A stretch of DNA of 64,000 bases from a virus. The stretch is from positions 29,561 through 93,560 of IMG/VR virus record IMGVR_UViG_3300005336_000001. One strand, written 5' to 3'. The notes beneath the pieces are model-generated. The model saw only the letters and a list, made by a program, of their open reading frames with translations, ran no database searches and was not told the origin of the DNA. The position numbers were made by a program, and so were the translations under genes. Of the stretch, positions 1 through 9,272 are shown one piece after another (position 1 is the stretch's first letter; every line of letters begins with the position of its first letter).

Positions 1-2586
1 CCATCAGCATCGGGGACTACCTCGGCGCTGGACTGCACGGGCGGAACGATAACCACCAGTGGTGTTAATCGCATCCACACGTTCACGAGTGGCGGTACTC
101 TAACGTGCACTGGTAGCGGAACCGCAAGCTATCTGATTGTCGCAGGTGGTGGCGGCGGTGGCTCTGGTGTCGCTGGCCTATCGAACGGCGGCGGCGGCGG
201 TGCGGGTGGCGTGTTGAGCGGAAGCGCGTCTCTTGGGGCGGGTACGTTCACAGCCGTAGTTGGCGGCGGCGGCGCTTCAAATATCTCCGGGTCGAATAGT
301 TCATTCAATGGCGTTACCGCGACCGGCGGTGGCGCGGGCGGCGGCAACGGTGGCACCGGCGTCAACGGCAGCGCGGGAGGCTCCGGCGGCGGAGGTAACG
401 GCACCACCACCAATTTTGGCACCGGCGGTGCTGGCACCGGCGGCCAAGGCAACAACGGCGGCGCGGGTGTCGGCAGCACGGCGGCACCGGGTGGCGGTGG
501 CGGCTGCAATGCAGTCGGCGGCGCGGGCGTCGGAAGCAATGGTGGCGCAGGTGGTAACGGCTGCTCGTCGTCGATCAGCGGTAGCGCGGTCACTTATGGT
601 GGCGGTGGCGGTGGCTCGACCGCGACCGGCGGCGCGAGTGGCGCGGGCGCTGGGGGCTCCGGCGGCGGTGGTCAGGGTTCAACTGGCGGTGCAGGCACGG
701 CAGGCACAGCCAATCTCGGCGGCGGTGGAGGCGGTGGAGGCAACGCTGGTTCAGCGGCGGGTGGCGCAGGCGGCTCCGGCGTCGTCATCGTCTCCTATGC
801 CGCGCAGGTCACGGTGTTCCTAACGTCGTCGAGCGGCAACTGGGTTGCCCCGTCGAATTGGAACAGCGGCAACAATTCGATCGAGACTATTGGCGGCGGC
901 GGCGCAGGAAACAACTCCGCAGGTGGCGGAGGTGGAGGTGGCGCGTATTCCAAGGCTACTAACGTAGCACTCACGGCTGGTACTCCAGTTTCGTTCGTCG
1001 TCGGTTCGGGCGGCGCAACGTCGGGCAGCAGCGGCGGAGACACCTATTTCTGTAATGCCACCTCCAACTGCGCGAGCATTTCCGGTACGTCGGTTCAATC
1101 GGGAGCGAAGGGCGGTGTAGGTGCCACCACAGGGACTGGTGGGGCTGGTGGCGCTGCCGCGTCCGGCGTGGGCAGCACAAAGAACAGCGGCGGCACGGGC
1201 GGCAACGTCGGCACCAATTCATGGGGTGCTGGTGGCGGCGCTGGAGGTCCGAACGGTGCGGGTGCGACTGGCGGCAACGGTATCAGCTCTGGCTTGGGAT
1301 CGGGCGGTGGCGGTGGCGGCGGCAATGGCGGCGGCACGGCTGGTGCTAACGGTGTCTCGACAACGACCGGCGGTGCAGGCGGCAATAACTCTCTAGCGGC
1401 TGGCGGTGGGGCTGGCGGCATCAATGCGTTTGGCTCTGCGGGAACATTTGGCGGCGGCGGTGGCGGCGGCGGTGGAAATGGAAACGGCGGTGGTGCTGGT
1501 GGTGCCGGTGTCGAATTCAGTGCGTCTCCCTCGTTCGGATCGGGCGGCGGCGGCGGTGGTGGCGCGAGCAATGGCGTGCCGGGCGGCAACGGTGGTCTTT
1601 ACGGTGGCGGCGGCGCTGGCGGTCTCACGACCGCAGGTGCGGGCGCGCTGGGCCTGATCGTCATCAAGTGGACGCCGACCACGGGCACACAGGTCTACAC
1701 ATTCACCGCAAGCGGTACGTTTTATGCACCGAGCAGTTTTTCATCGTCAACTTCAGAGGCGTGGGGTGCTGGCGGAAGTGGTGCCGCTGGGACGTCATCG
1801 CTCCGTGGTGGTGGCGGCGGTGGTGGCGGAGCATATTCATTCTCCTCTGCATCTTTAGCTGTAAATACGCCCTATGTGCTTACGGTGTCTGGATCGACCA
1901 CTGGTGGAGTCGCCTCAGGTAATGATGGCACAACGGGTGGTGATAGTTATTTCGGTGGTGCAAGTTGTGGAGCCGCACTCGTATGTGCCAAGGGCGGCGG
2001 AGCAGGTCTTGCATCCGGTAACGGCGGATCAGGAGGTGCGGCAACTTCTGGCATTGGTACTGTCAAGAAAAATGGGGGTGCAGGCGGTACAGGCGTCACC
2101 AATCGCGCGGGCAACGGTGGTGGTGGTGCTGGTGGCCCCAACGGAGATGGACAAACAGGCGGCAGCAATAGCGCCGCCAACGGACCCGGAGCTGGTGGCG
2201 GTGGACCGGATGGTGGTTCGGCTGGCGGCTCCCCGTCGGGCACGACGGGCGGCAATGGCGGCAACAATTTCGCAGGAACAGGCGGTGGTATAGGAACGAC
2301 GACTGTTGCTGGGTCAGCGAGCGCTGGCGGCGGTGGTGCTGGGGGTGGCGCAGGATCGACCTTCAATGCCGGGGGTAATGGAGCTAACGGAACAGCAAAC
2401 AATGCGGGTGGCGGCGGTGGTGGCGGCGGCAACAATAACACCACATCGGTTGCTGGCGTCGCAGGCGGAAATGGTGGCTTATACGGCGGTGGCGGTTCTG
2501 GTGGTATGGGGACCGGCGCAGTTAGTTCGTCCTCAAACGGCGGCAATGGTGCTGCTGGTGTTATTGTCGTAAGTGTAAAACCATAG
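1..2586 (+). CDS. Glycine-rich tail fibre/virion protein, 5' end outside window
   Basis: Frame is open from base 1 (PSASGTTSALDCTGGTITTSGVNRIHTFTSGG..YLIVAGGGGGG). Three Gly-rich units each end in G-[VL]-[VI]-I-V/I. Lies just before the lysis genes. Confidence 0.8.
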   Translation, partial: PSASGTTSALDCTGGTITTSGVNRIHTFTSGGTLTCTGSGTASYLIVAGGGGGGSGVAGLSNGGGGGAGGVLSGSASLGAGTFTAVVGGGGASNISGSNSSFNGVTATGGGAGGGNGGTGVNGSAGGSGGGGNGTTTNFGTGGAGTGGQGNNGGAGVGSTAAPGGGGGCNAVGGAGVGSNGGAGGNGCSSSISGSAVTYGGGGGGSTATGGASGAGAGGSGGGGQGSTGGAGTAGTANLGGGGGGGGNAGSAAGGAGGSGVVIVSYAAQVTVFLTSSSGNWVAPSNWNSGNNSIETIGGGGAGNNSAGGGGGGGAYSKATNVALTAGTPVSFVVGSGGATSGSSGGDTYFCNATSNCASISGTSVQSGAKGGVGATTGTGGAGGAAASGVGSTKNSGGTGGNVGTNSWGAGGGAGGPNGAGATGGNGISSGLGSGGGGGGGNGGGTAGANGVSTTTGGAGGNNSLAAGGGAGGINAFGSAGTFGGGGGGGGGNGNGGGAGGAGVEFSASPSFGSGGGGGGGASNGVPGGNGGLYGGGGAGGLTTAGAGALGLIVIKWTPTTGTQVYTFTASGTFYAPSSFSSSTSEAWGAGGSGAAGTSSLRGGGGGGGGAYSFSSASLAVNTPYVLTVSGSTTGGVASGNDGTTGGDSYFGGASCGAALVCAKGGGAGLASGNGGSGGAATSGIGTVKKNGGAGGTGVTNRAGNGGGGAGGPNGDGQTGGSNSAANGPGAGGGGPDGGSAGGSPSGTTGGNGGNNFAGTGGGIGTTTVAGSASAGGGGAGGGAGSTFNAGGNGANGTANNAGGGGGGGGNNNTTSVAGVAGGNGGLYGGGGSGGMGTGAVSSSSNGGNGAAGVIVVSVKP

Positions 2587-2650
2587 ATGTGATTGCAATT
2601 ACGTCATAAATCATCTATCTATCATGCACGTAAACACATGAGGAGTTCCA

Positions 2651-2902
2651 ATGCGTAAAGTTATGTGTCTGGCAGCCTTGTTGATTTTTACTTCTCCCGC
2701 CTCTTCTCAAAACGTTGAAATCAGCCCAGTTGTTCAGAAAATGATGGACTCTCTTGCTACCCAAAGAAACACTGCTTTGAACGCTCAGGCAATTGCCGAA
2801 TCCAATCTGGCAATTGCAAATGAGGATCTAAAAAAGGCTCAAGATCGCATCAAAGAACTTGAGAAAAAGACTGATCCTGACAAAAAACTTCCAACAAAGT
2901 AA
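2651..2902 (+). CDS. Small exported coiled-coil protein
   Basis: GAGGAG RBS; signal peptide ending ASS; helical heptad-like C-terminus. Confidence 0.65.
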   Translation: MRKVMCLAALLIFTSPASSQNVEISPVVQKMMDSLATQRNTALNAQAIAESNLAIANEDLKKAQDRIKELEKKTDPDKKLPTK

Positions 2903-2911
2903 GGCAGCGTC

Positions 2912-3766
2912 ATGCAAATAGTTGGAAAGAAATTTACTCACGCAGAATTCCAATCATATCTCGATAACTTGTCCGTATCTAAGTGGGCAAAGTTTGTAGT
3001 GGTGCACAATACCAGTGAACCTGATATTGCCCTCTATCATCAGTGGGAAGCGCGTCAAGGCAAATATGCCAATTGGACATCGGAACAATGGTTGAGGAAT
3101 CTTTCCAGCTATTACTCAAGCTTGGGGTGGTCAGGTGGGCCACATTTGTTTGTCCCACCCACGCCTGACACAATTCTTATTCTTAATCCACTTACCACAA
3201 GTGGCATTCACACCCCTTCTTGGAATACCATCAGCCTTGGTGTAGAAACAGTTGGTGAGTTTGAACGCGAACCATTTGATGATCCCACTCGAGCCAATTT
3301 GGTGTTTGCACTTGCTGCTCTTCATAAGAAGTTTGGGTTGAATCCAGTCGACTTTCAACTTGGTGTTAAAGGTTTGCATTTCCACAAAGAGGATCATGCG
3401 ACCACACACAAAACATGCCCCGGTAAGAACATGGTCAAAATTGACCTTGTTTCCAGAGTAGCTCTTGCCATGAACATTGTGGCTCCCAAACCACCAGTTG
3501 TTCCATCTGATCCCCATACGCATGACGTGCCTCTTGCCTCACAAGAGGCAGACACCAGCAAATTGAACTCAGTAGAGCTAGTTTCTATGTATTGGCTGCA
3601 AGCTGCATTAAATCAGTGGAAGCCTGATCTTAAGTTGGCGGTGAACGGTAATCGTGATACACCGACAATCAATGCCATTGAGGCTTTTCAGACTTCTCAT
3701 GGTCTGGTTGTGGACGGAGTAGGTGGCCCCGTCACTCGCATCACCATTAAACATGCAAACGCATAG
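2912..3766 (+). CDS. Endolysin: N-acetylmuramoyl-L-alanine amidase (Amidase_2) with C-terminal peptidoglycan-binding domain
   Basis: VVVHNT, GPHLFV, SLGVE, FHKE..TCPGK Zn-amidase motifs; PG_binding_1-like LQAALN..AFQTSHGLVVDGVGGPVT. Confidence 0.9.
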   Translation: MQIVGKKFTHAEFQSYLDNLSVSKWAKFVVVHNTSEPDIALYHQWEARQGKYANWTSEQWLRNLSSYYSSLGWSGGPHLFVPPTPDTILILNPLTTSGIHTPSWNTISLGVETVGEFEREPFDDPTRANLVFALAALHKKFGLNPVDFQLGVKGLHFHKEDHATTHKTCPGKNMVKIDLVSRVALAMNIVAPKPPVVPSDPHTHDVPLASQEADTSKLNSVELVSMYWLQAALNQWKPDLKLAVNGNRDTPTINAIEAFQTSHGLVVDGVGGPVTRITIKHANA

Positions 3767-3775
3767 GGGAATGTT

Positions 3776-4081
3776 GTGACCAGTCAATCTTTTCAACAAT
3801 ATGTGCGTATTCTTTTGTATAACTTGTTCGCCGCACTCGCATCCTATGGCATCACCACTCCTGACAATACCAAAACGCTGATCTTCAGCGTTGTTGGCCT
3901 CATGGCCAATCTTGTGTGGACGATGTACGGAACACGTCTGAACGGGCTGCTTGAACAGGTCAAAGAAAAGACTGGTGTTCAGGAAGTTGCCATTAAAGTT
4001 GATCCTGAAGTAATTACAGCAACCGATGTCAATGCAGCTACTTCGGTTGGTATTATTGCTACTCCAGCAAAAGGCACCTGA
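3776..4081 (+). CDS. Putative holin (two TM segments)
   Basis: Directly after endolysin; two hydrophobic helices. Confidence 0.6.
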   Translation: MTSQSFQQYVRILLYNLFAALASYGITTPDNTKTLIFSVVGLMANLVWTMYGTRLNGLLEQVKEKTGVQEVAIKVDPEVITATDVNAATSVGIIATPAKGT

Positions 4082-4082
4082 C

Positions 4083-4484
4083 ATGAAGAAGTACCTAGCA
4101 GTAGCGTTGCTTGCCATTTCATTGGGTGGCTGTGCGCAACTCCAAGCCATCCAATCGGCCATTCAGATTGGAACGGCCACCGCTGCCAACCCAGTAACAC
4201 CTGATCGTCTTTTCCAAATGGAAAATGCAGCTCAGTTGATTTTTGTTGGCCTCAATACGTGGAAGACTTCGTGCAAGAACGGGATACTTCCTGTTAGTTG
4301 CAAAACTCAAATTGCAGCAGTGCAGGTCTATACACGTCAAATTCCGCCATACCTTGCACAACTTCGATCATTTGTTAAGAAAAATGATCAAATCAACGCA
4401 CAGGTCGTTTTCAATCAGATTACCAGCTTGATTTCTATTGTTAAAACACAAGCTGCGCAATCCAACGTGCCATTGGGGAGCTAA
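4083..4484 (+). CDS. Lipoprotein, possible spanin component
   Basis: Start at ATG 4083 gives MKKYLAVALLAISLGG-C lipobox; lies in lysis cassette. Confidence 0.7.
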   Translation: MKKYLAVALLAISLGGCAQLQAIQSAIQIGTATAANPVTPDRLFQMENAAQLIFVGLNTWKTSCKNGILPVSCKTQIAAVQVYTRQIPPYLAQLRSFVKKNDQINAQVVFNQITSLISIVKTQAAQSNVPLGS

Positions 4485-4486
4485 AA

Positions 4487-4696
4487 ATGGATATCGCAGC
4501 AATCTTGGCATTGATTGAAAAGGGCGTAGCAGTCATCAGCACTGCTATCTCAATTGGTGCTAGCGCCGCACCCGCAATCAAAGTGATAGAAGATTTAATT
4601 GCAGGTGCCAAATCAGGTACTGTCACAGACGAGGAACTCGCTGCTGCTGAACTTGCATTGGATGCAATGATCGACGACTTCAACACCCCTCTTTAA
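4487..4696 (+). CDS. Small hypothetical protein
   Basis: GGGAG RBS; tightly packed in operon. Confidence 0.6.
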   Translation: MDIAAILALIEKGVAVISTAISIGASAAPAIKVIEDLIAGAKSGTVTDEELAAAELALDAMIDDFNTPL

Positions 4697-4712
4697 AAGT
4701 GGGTGGACTAAA

Positions 4713-4913
4713 ATGCCGGATTGGATTGACAAGGTCGTCACTGGTGGCCCTGCGTTTATATTTGCGGTCTTATGGTGGCTAGAGCGGCAAGAACGTCATC
4801 AAGAGCGTGACGAACACAGAACCGTATCTAAAGAAATGCTTTCAGCCATGATTAAAACTGAAAGTACTCTTGACACCCTTGGAAAAATCTTTGAAGGCGG
4901 AAGAGCACCATGA
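4713..4913 (+). CDS. Small membrane protein (N-terminal TM, charged tail)
   Basis: GPAFIFAVLWWL hydrophobic stretch; ATGA overlap with next gene. Confidence 0.6.
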   Translation: MPDWIDKVVTGGPAFIFAVLWWLERQERHQERDEHRTVSKEMLSAMIKTESTLDTLGKIFEGGRAP

Positions 4914-5140
4914 TGTCGAAACTGTTGAAATGGTTGCGGCCCACAAAATCATCCTCTCCTGATGTTGAGCAGGCAAAAGAGCTTGCGCGTCGCATCCATC
5001 ACAAGGCCGAGAAGCTTCAGAAGCAATTAGATCATTACCGCAACGCAAAAGAGCCTGCTGTAGCTCTTTTTGCCGACGTCTATAATGCACGCCAAGTCAG
5101 CCGCATTCATTACGGTTTGAACGGCAAGCATCATATCTAA
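4910..5140 (+). CDS. Hypothetical protein
   Basis: Translationally coupled ORF. Confidence 0.55.
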   Translation: MMSKLLKWLRPTKSSSPDVEQAKELARRIHHKAEKLQKQLDHYRNAKEPAVALFADVYNARQVSRIHYGLNGKHHI

Positions 5141-5217
5141 AACGAGTCAAGAGGTTACAACGCCTTTTGATTTTTGTAATTTGGCCCCCTCGTTAAACAA
5201 AGCAGGGGATACTTCCT

Positions 5218-5727
5218 ATGAAATTACGAAGCTTTTTCGCCGTGCTGGTATTTTTGGCGTTTGCCATTAGCCCGGCCCAAGCTCGAAAGCAGCATCAGGT
5301 CTATCAAGCTGCTGAGGGCTGCAATGTGTTGTGGCCTTGTGAGGGAGTAAACACCTCCTCGCGTGGAGTGGCCATTGTAAAGGCCATGCACGGCTTTGGG
5401 GTGGCTCGTAAGGTGTACAGGGTCAATGGAGCAGTCATTGGGGGGAGGCCCTCAGGCTGCCCCTACCAGTTCTGTGGGTGTGGAGCATCATTGTACTTGT
5501 TTGGCAAAATCATCCCACGCCTCAACCTTGCAGCCAATTGGTTCAGCTTCCCACGTTCAACACCAGCCCCCCGTATGGTAGCAGTCCGCAGTCACCACGT
5601 GATGGTGTTGGTATCTCACGTATCAGGCGACACGTGGATGGTTCATGATTCCAACAGCGGCGGCCATCAGACACGACTTCATGAGCGTTCAATCCGTGGC
5701 TACTCAATCGTAAACCCAAGCGCATGA
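5218..5727 (+). CDS. Secreted Cys/His protein, CHAP/NlpC-like candidate
   Basis: Signal peptide (AQA); CPYQFCGC..LAANW..P.P.MVAVR.HHV pattern resembles CHAP-type Cys-His hydrolases. Confidence 0.55.
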   Translation: MKLRSFFAVLVFLAFAISPAQARKQHQVYQAAEGCNVLWPCEGVNTSSRGVAIVKAMHGFGVARKVYRVNGAVIGGRPSGCPYQFCGCGASLYLFGKIIPRLNLAANWFSFPRSTPAPRMVAVRSHHVMVLVSHVSGDTWMVHDSNSGGHQTRLHERSIRGYSIVNPSA

Positions 5728-5971
5728 TATTGCTTCTGCCACCACAATTGGCACATGACGCGAAGAGGCAGATAGTCATATCTGCCGCTTTGCACGGTAT
5801 CAAGAACCCTGTGGTGGTGGAATTGCCTTCTGACGAAGGCATGCGACGGTTTGAGATAACTCAGGGGGAGCAGGTGCCGGAGTCTGCTCCCCCTAGTTCA
5901 GACGTTGATCAGCCCAAGATCACTCAGGGGCCGCTCACTCCACAAGGGCAGTGAAATTAAAAACCCAACGT

Positions 5972-6181
5972 CTAAAGTTTGTGACCCAAGGCCACGCGGC
6001 AAGCTATAACAGCCGCCTTTGCAGTTGCATCGTCAGGAAAACGAGCGAGGTGTTTCTTCAGATTCACCAGCTTGTTCTGTTCACGACGATGGGAGTTTTT
6101 GTAGTGCAAGCAATAAACGGACTGACGCCCATGCTTGCGGTTTTTCTTAGACTTTTTTGCACGATGTTGTGCGGTAGCCAT
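5972..6181 (-). CDS. Small basic protein
   Basis: GAGGG RBS; K/R-rich 69 aa. Confidence 0.55.
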   Translation of the reverse strand: MATAQHRAKKSKKNRKHGRQSVYCLHYKNSHRREQNKLVNLKKHLARFPDDATAKAAVIACRVALGHKL

Positions 6182-6300
6182 GACATGCCCTCAAGGGCGG
6201 AAGTGCCCTAAGTACTTGTCATGACGTGCTCCTGTTTCATGGGTCAGCTCCTTGCCAATGTGCGGCTTGATAGTTGCACAGCCTGCACAAGTAAAGGAAA

Positions 6301-6606
6301 TTATTTGTTACGTGCCAAGTAAAGTTCACAAAAGAGCGCGTCTCTTGTTTCTTTGGGCTCAGCAGATAGCCTAGACAAGATCTCCAAGTACGGGCTGCCC
6401 CATATCTTTTGAGCAATATAATGATCAAAGATAAGGTAATCCGCACTTGGTATTTCTTGTGGAGCTTGGCTCCCATTTTGGGTGAAAATCAGATGGTGCC
6501 CAGTAACAGCCACATCTACGTTTGGAAACGCTTCACGGATGACAGCACAAAAAACTTCTGTGTTGTCAGTATTCCGTTTGTTTTCTGTTTCCCACAAACG
6601 AGCCAT
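6301..6606 (-). CDS. Hypothetical protein, paralogue of 53623..53973
   Basis: Shares E[IV]PSAD.LIFDH..AQKIWG; TAATG coupling to gcrA. Confidence 0.75.
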   Translation of the reverse strand: MARLWETENKRNTDNTEVFCAVIREAFPNVDVAVTGHHLIFTQNGSQAPQEIPSADYLIFDHYIAQKIWGSPYLEILSRLSAEPKETRDALFCELYLARNK

Positions 6607-7142
6607 TATCTGTTTATGTAAGTTCGTACAGCCAGCAGCGTGTGTGTCTCGCAATATGGTTTATCAACCAAACGACGGCATCCACAAAATCGGAAATCGG
6701 ATTGCTTTGGATCTCCCATCGGCCACTTGCACATGGTGGGCTGGAGTTCAGCAAACGTGACTGCCGTATCGCTCTCAATAAGTTTCAACCTTACTCGTTC
6801 CTTCTTTTTAACTAATACCAGTCTAGCTGGTCGTGGCATCAATCCTCTGGCTATCAATGCGGTATTGGCGCGAAGGTTTTTGTGAGACTTGAAAATGTTT
6901 CTGCTAATGACTTTCTCACCAGCCGGTTTTAACAACCCAGCTTTTCGTGCCCTATCTAATTTTCCTGCTATTGAGCCCCTTGAGCGGCCTACGTCTTCAG
7001 CGATTTTGCCCATTGAATGACCATCATTAAAGAGGTTGATTACGACAGTGATCTCTTCAGAAGTCCATGCTTTGCCAATTCCGCGCCAGTTCAACTTAGT
7101 TGATTCTGCTGTCGGCTTCAATTGTGATGCTGCTTCTTCCAT
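6606..7142 (-). CDS. gcrA: GcrA-family cell-cycle transcription regulator
   Basis: N-terminal WTSEE..GHSMGKIA..RSRGSIAGKLDR; C-terminal CKWPMGDP..FRFCG..PYCETH. Confidence 0.9.
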   Translation of the reverse strand: MEEAASQLKPTAESTKLNWRGIGKAWTSEEITVVINLFNDGHSMGKIAEDVGRSRGSIAGKLDRARKAGLLKPAGEKVISRNIFKSHKNLRANTALIARGLMPRPARLVLVKKKERVRLKLIESDTAVTFAELQPTMCKWPMGDPKQSDFRFCGCRRLVDKPYCETHTLLAVRTYINR

Positions 7143-8952
7143 TTTTGTCTTTCCTTGCTGTGATTATTCCTTCAAATTCACCAAAGTTGGCGATTGAAGT
7201 ATGGTCAACAATCCAAATACGTTTCCCTTCCTCCATGGCACGCTCATGCAACGTGTTTGCTAAATCCATCATCCCTTCAGTTGAAAGGTGCGTGGATGGT
7301 TCATCATAGAACTCTATCTTGTTGTTGAGACCTGCACCCTGCATGATTAAGTTGGCTAGACCAAGATCACCGGCCAATTGCAGGCGTTGTGTTTCACCCC
7401 CGGACCATGTTTCCCATTTGACCGGAGCAATATTGCCGGGTGACTTGACAAAAACCACAAAACCTTTGGTGACACCACCAGATTTATTTTCCCGCTCAAT
7501 ATCAAATGTTATTTGCCAGTCTGGCATTCCAAGTTGAGCCAGCACATTATTAACTTCCAGCTCTAGTGTTCTGAAAGCCTGCTCAATGATGAACAGGCGG
7601 ACACGTTTGAATCCTTTCACCCAAAAACTGATGGCTGCGTATTTTGCTTCGTAGCCCTCAAGGACGTTTCTGTCTTCGGTTAAACCCTCAGTCAAATCTT
7701 TAACCAAAAGTTTCTTACTATTTAGCATTTCCTTGTGAGGATTACGTTCAGCGGCAATCAGGTCTATCTGAGTATTGAGTGCGGCAAGCTGGTCATTTGC
7801 TCTTAATTCATTAACTTCTTGCTTGTTCAGTTCTTTTTCTAATTTAAGGATTTCATCCTGCCATTCAAAAGCTAATGTTTCTTGACGGCTGAGCCCATTC
7901 TTTGCTTTGATCATTTCCTTAGTCAGAGTTTGTAAAGTGTCATCTACAATTGCAATTTGTACATCTAGTTCAAGTCGCATGCGTTCATTGATATGCTTGA
8001 CGCTCTCAACGTGTTTGTGACTGATTTCTTGTAAACAGAGTGGGCATCCCCCCACTTTTAATTTTTCAGTACGGATGGCCTTTTTGTCAGCCAGTATCTC
8101 AGTACGTTTTTTGGATACGGCTGCAATCTTGTCCAAGAATGAATTTCGTGTGCTGGTCCAATTTTTCATCTCAAAATCACAAGCTTTCAATTCAGCTTTT
8201 GCTTTTACGATATTCCCTTTTATTTTTGAAATCTTAGGAGCGATTATGTTATCTATGTCATTTGCAATTCTTGTGTATTGAGTGTTTATCTTCTTGATAC
8301 GTTCTTTTTTGTCAATGTCGTAATTGTCCGTTGATATTGTCAGTGTTTTAATATCTTCCTTTAACACAGTCAAACGACCTTCATCATGGTTAATGCTGGC
8401 TGTGCATTCAGTTATTTTAGAAGAAAATTTGTCAGCCTGTTTCCCCGCCGCCTTGCTCAACTCAAGCCAGTAGTCCAGATTTTGAATATCTGAGAACAGA
8501 TTGAGTTTTGCCGTAGGCTGCATGGCAAAAAATGATTCTGAGAACTGTGGGTTCAGGACTGAGTATTTGAAAGACTCATAGTTGAGCCTCAGATATTTCT
8601 GAAGTTCAACCTGATCCACGGGTTTGTCATCAAGGAACAGCCCATTGGGCTTTTGAGTGCGTTTAATGAGGCTGCGGCGGTCACCTACAGTGAGTTCTAT
8701 GGTGACGGTAGCGGAGGTAGCCCCCCAAGACACCACTTCAGCGGCCTTTAGACCGCGTGTGGTGCGGCCAAACAAAACCCACGAAATGGCGTCAAGGAAG
8801 GTTGATTTGCCTGCCCCATTGGCCCCGAGTGCTGGGGACATGATGTTCCTACCTGACAGAAAATACAGTCCGTGCTTGGTTGGGAAGTCAAACTCATGGG
8901 TACCAAGGTATGACCTGAAATTGGTCAGGATGATGCTGTGAAGGTCGAACAT
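7096..8952 (-). CDS. SbcC/Rad50-like recombination ATPase (gp46-like)
   Basis: GANGAGKS Walker A; coiled coil with CPLC Zn hook; WSGGE signature; YDEP Walker B. Confidence 0.93.
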   Translation of the reverse strand: MFDLHSIILTNFRSYLGTHEFDFPTKHGLYFLSGRNIMSPALGANGAGKSTFLDAISWVLFGRTTRGLKAAEVVSWGATSATVTIELTVGDRRSLIKRTQKPNGLFLDDKPVDQVELQKYLRLNYESFKYSVLNPQFSESFFAMQPTAKLNLFSDIQNLDYWLELSKAAGKQADKFSSKITECTASINHDEGRLTVLKEDIKTLTISTDNYDIDKKERIKKINTQYTRIANDIDNIIAPKISKIKGNIVKAKAELKACDFEMKNWTSTRNSFLDKIAAVSKKRTEILADKKAIRTEKLKVGGCPLCLQEISHKHVESVKHINERMRLELDVQIAIVDDTLQTLTKEMIKAKNGLSRQETLAFEWQDEILKLEKELNKQEVNELRANDQLAALNTQIDLIAAERNPHKEMLNSKKLLVKDLTEGLTEDRNVLEGYEAKYAAISFWVKGFKRVRLFIIEQAFRTLELEVNNVLAQLGMPDWQITFDIERENKSGGVTKGFVVFVKSPGNIAPVKWETWSGGETQRLQLAGDLGLANLIMQGAGLNNKIEFYDEPSTHLSTEGMMDLANTLHERAMEEGKRIWIVDHTSIANFGEFEGIITARKDKNGRSSITIEADSRIN

Positions 8953-9272
8953 TATTCCGGGTCTGAGCCTCTGGTGATTGCTTTGACTCTATTCATCCAC
9001 AAATTGACGCAATGCGGGCACAAATCCACATCTATGATTTCAATGGGGGGTTTTGAAGGTGCCGCAAGATTTTGCGCAACACTAACCCCACCAATCCCAC
9101 CACCACCACCGTAATTCCCAGCCGCATTCTGCTGTGCATGAATGTGCATTTGCACTGCTTGTTGCATCCTTTGCGTCTCATATGAGAGTTGTTGTTTCAC
9201 ACCACCAAACGACAGTACTGTTACGTCACGTGCTACATTTCCACAGTGGTCACAGAATGTTTTTGTTACCAT
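8952..9272 (-). CDS. Small Zn-finger-like protein
   Basis: FCDHCG and DLCPHC pairs. Confidence 0.6.
   Translation of the reverse strand: MVTKTFCDHCGNVARDVTVLSFGGVKQQLSYETQRMQQAVQMHIHAQQNAAGNYGGGGGIGGVSVAQNLAAPSKPPIEIIDVDLCPHCVNLWMNRVKAITRGSDPE

Noticed and set aside
129-2546. Pro-rich minus-strand ORFs and Ala-rich alternative-frame ORFs
   Set aside because: They are shadows of GGN codon runs in the Gly-rich gene.
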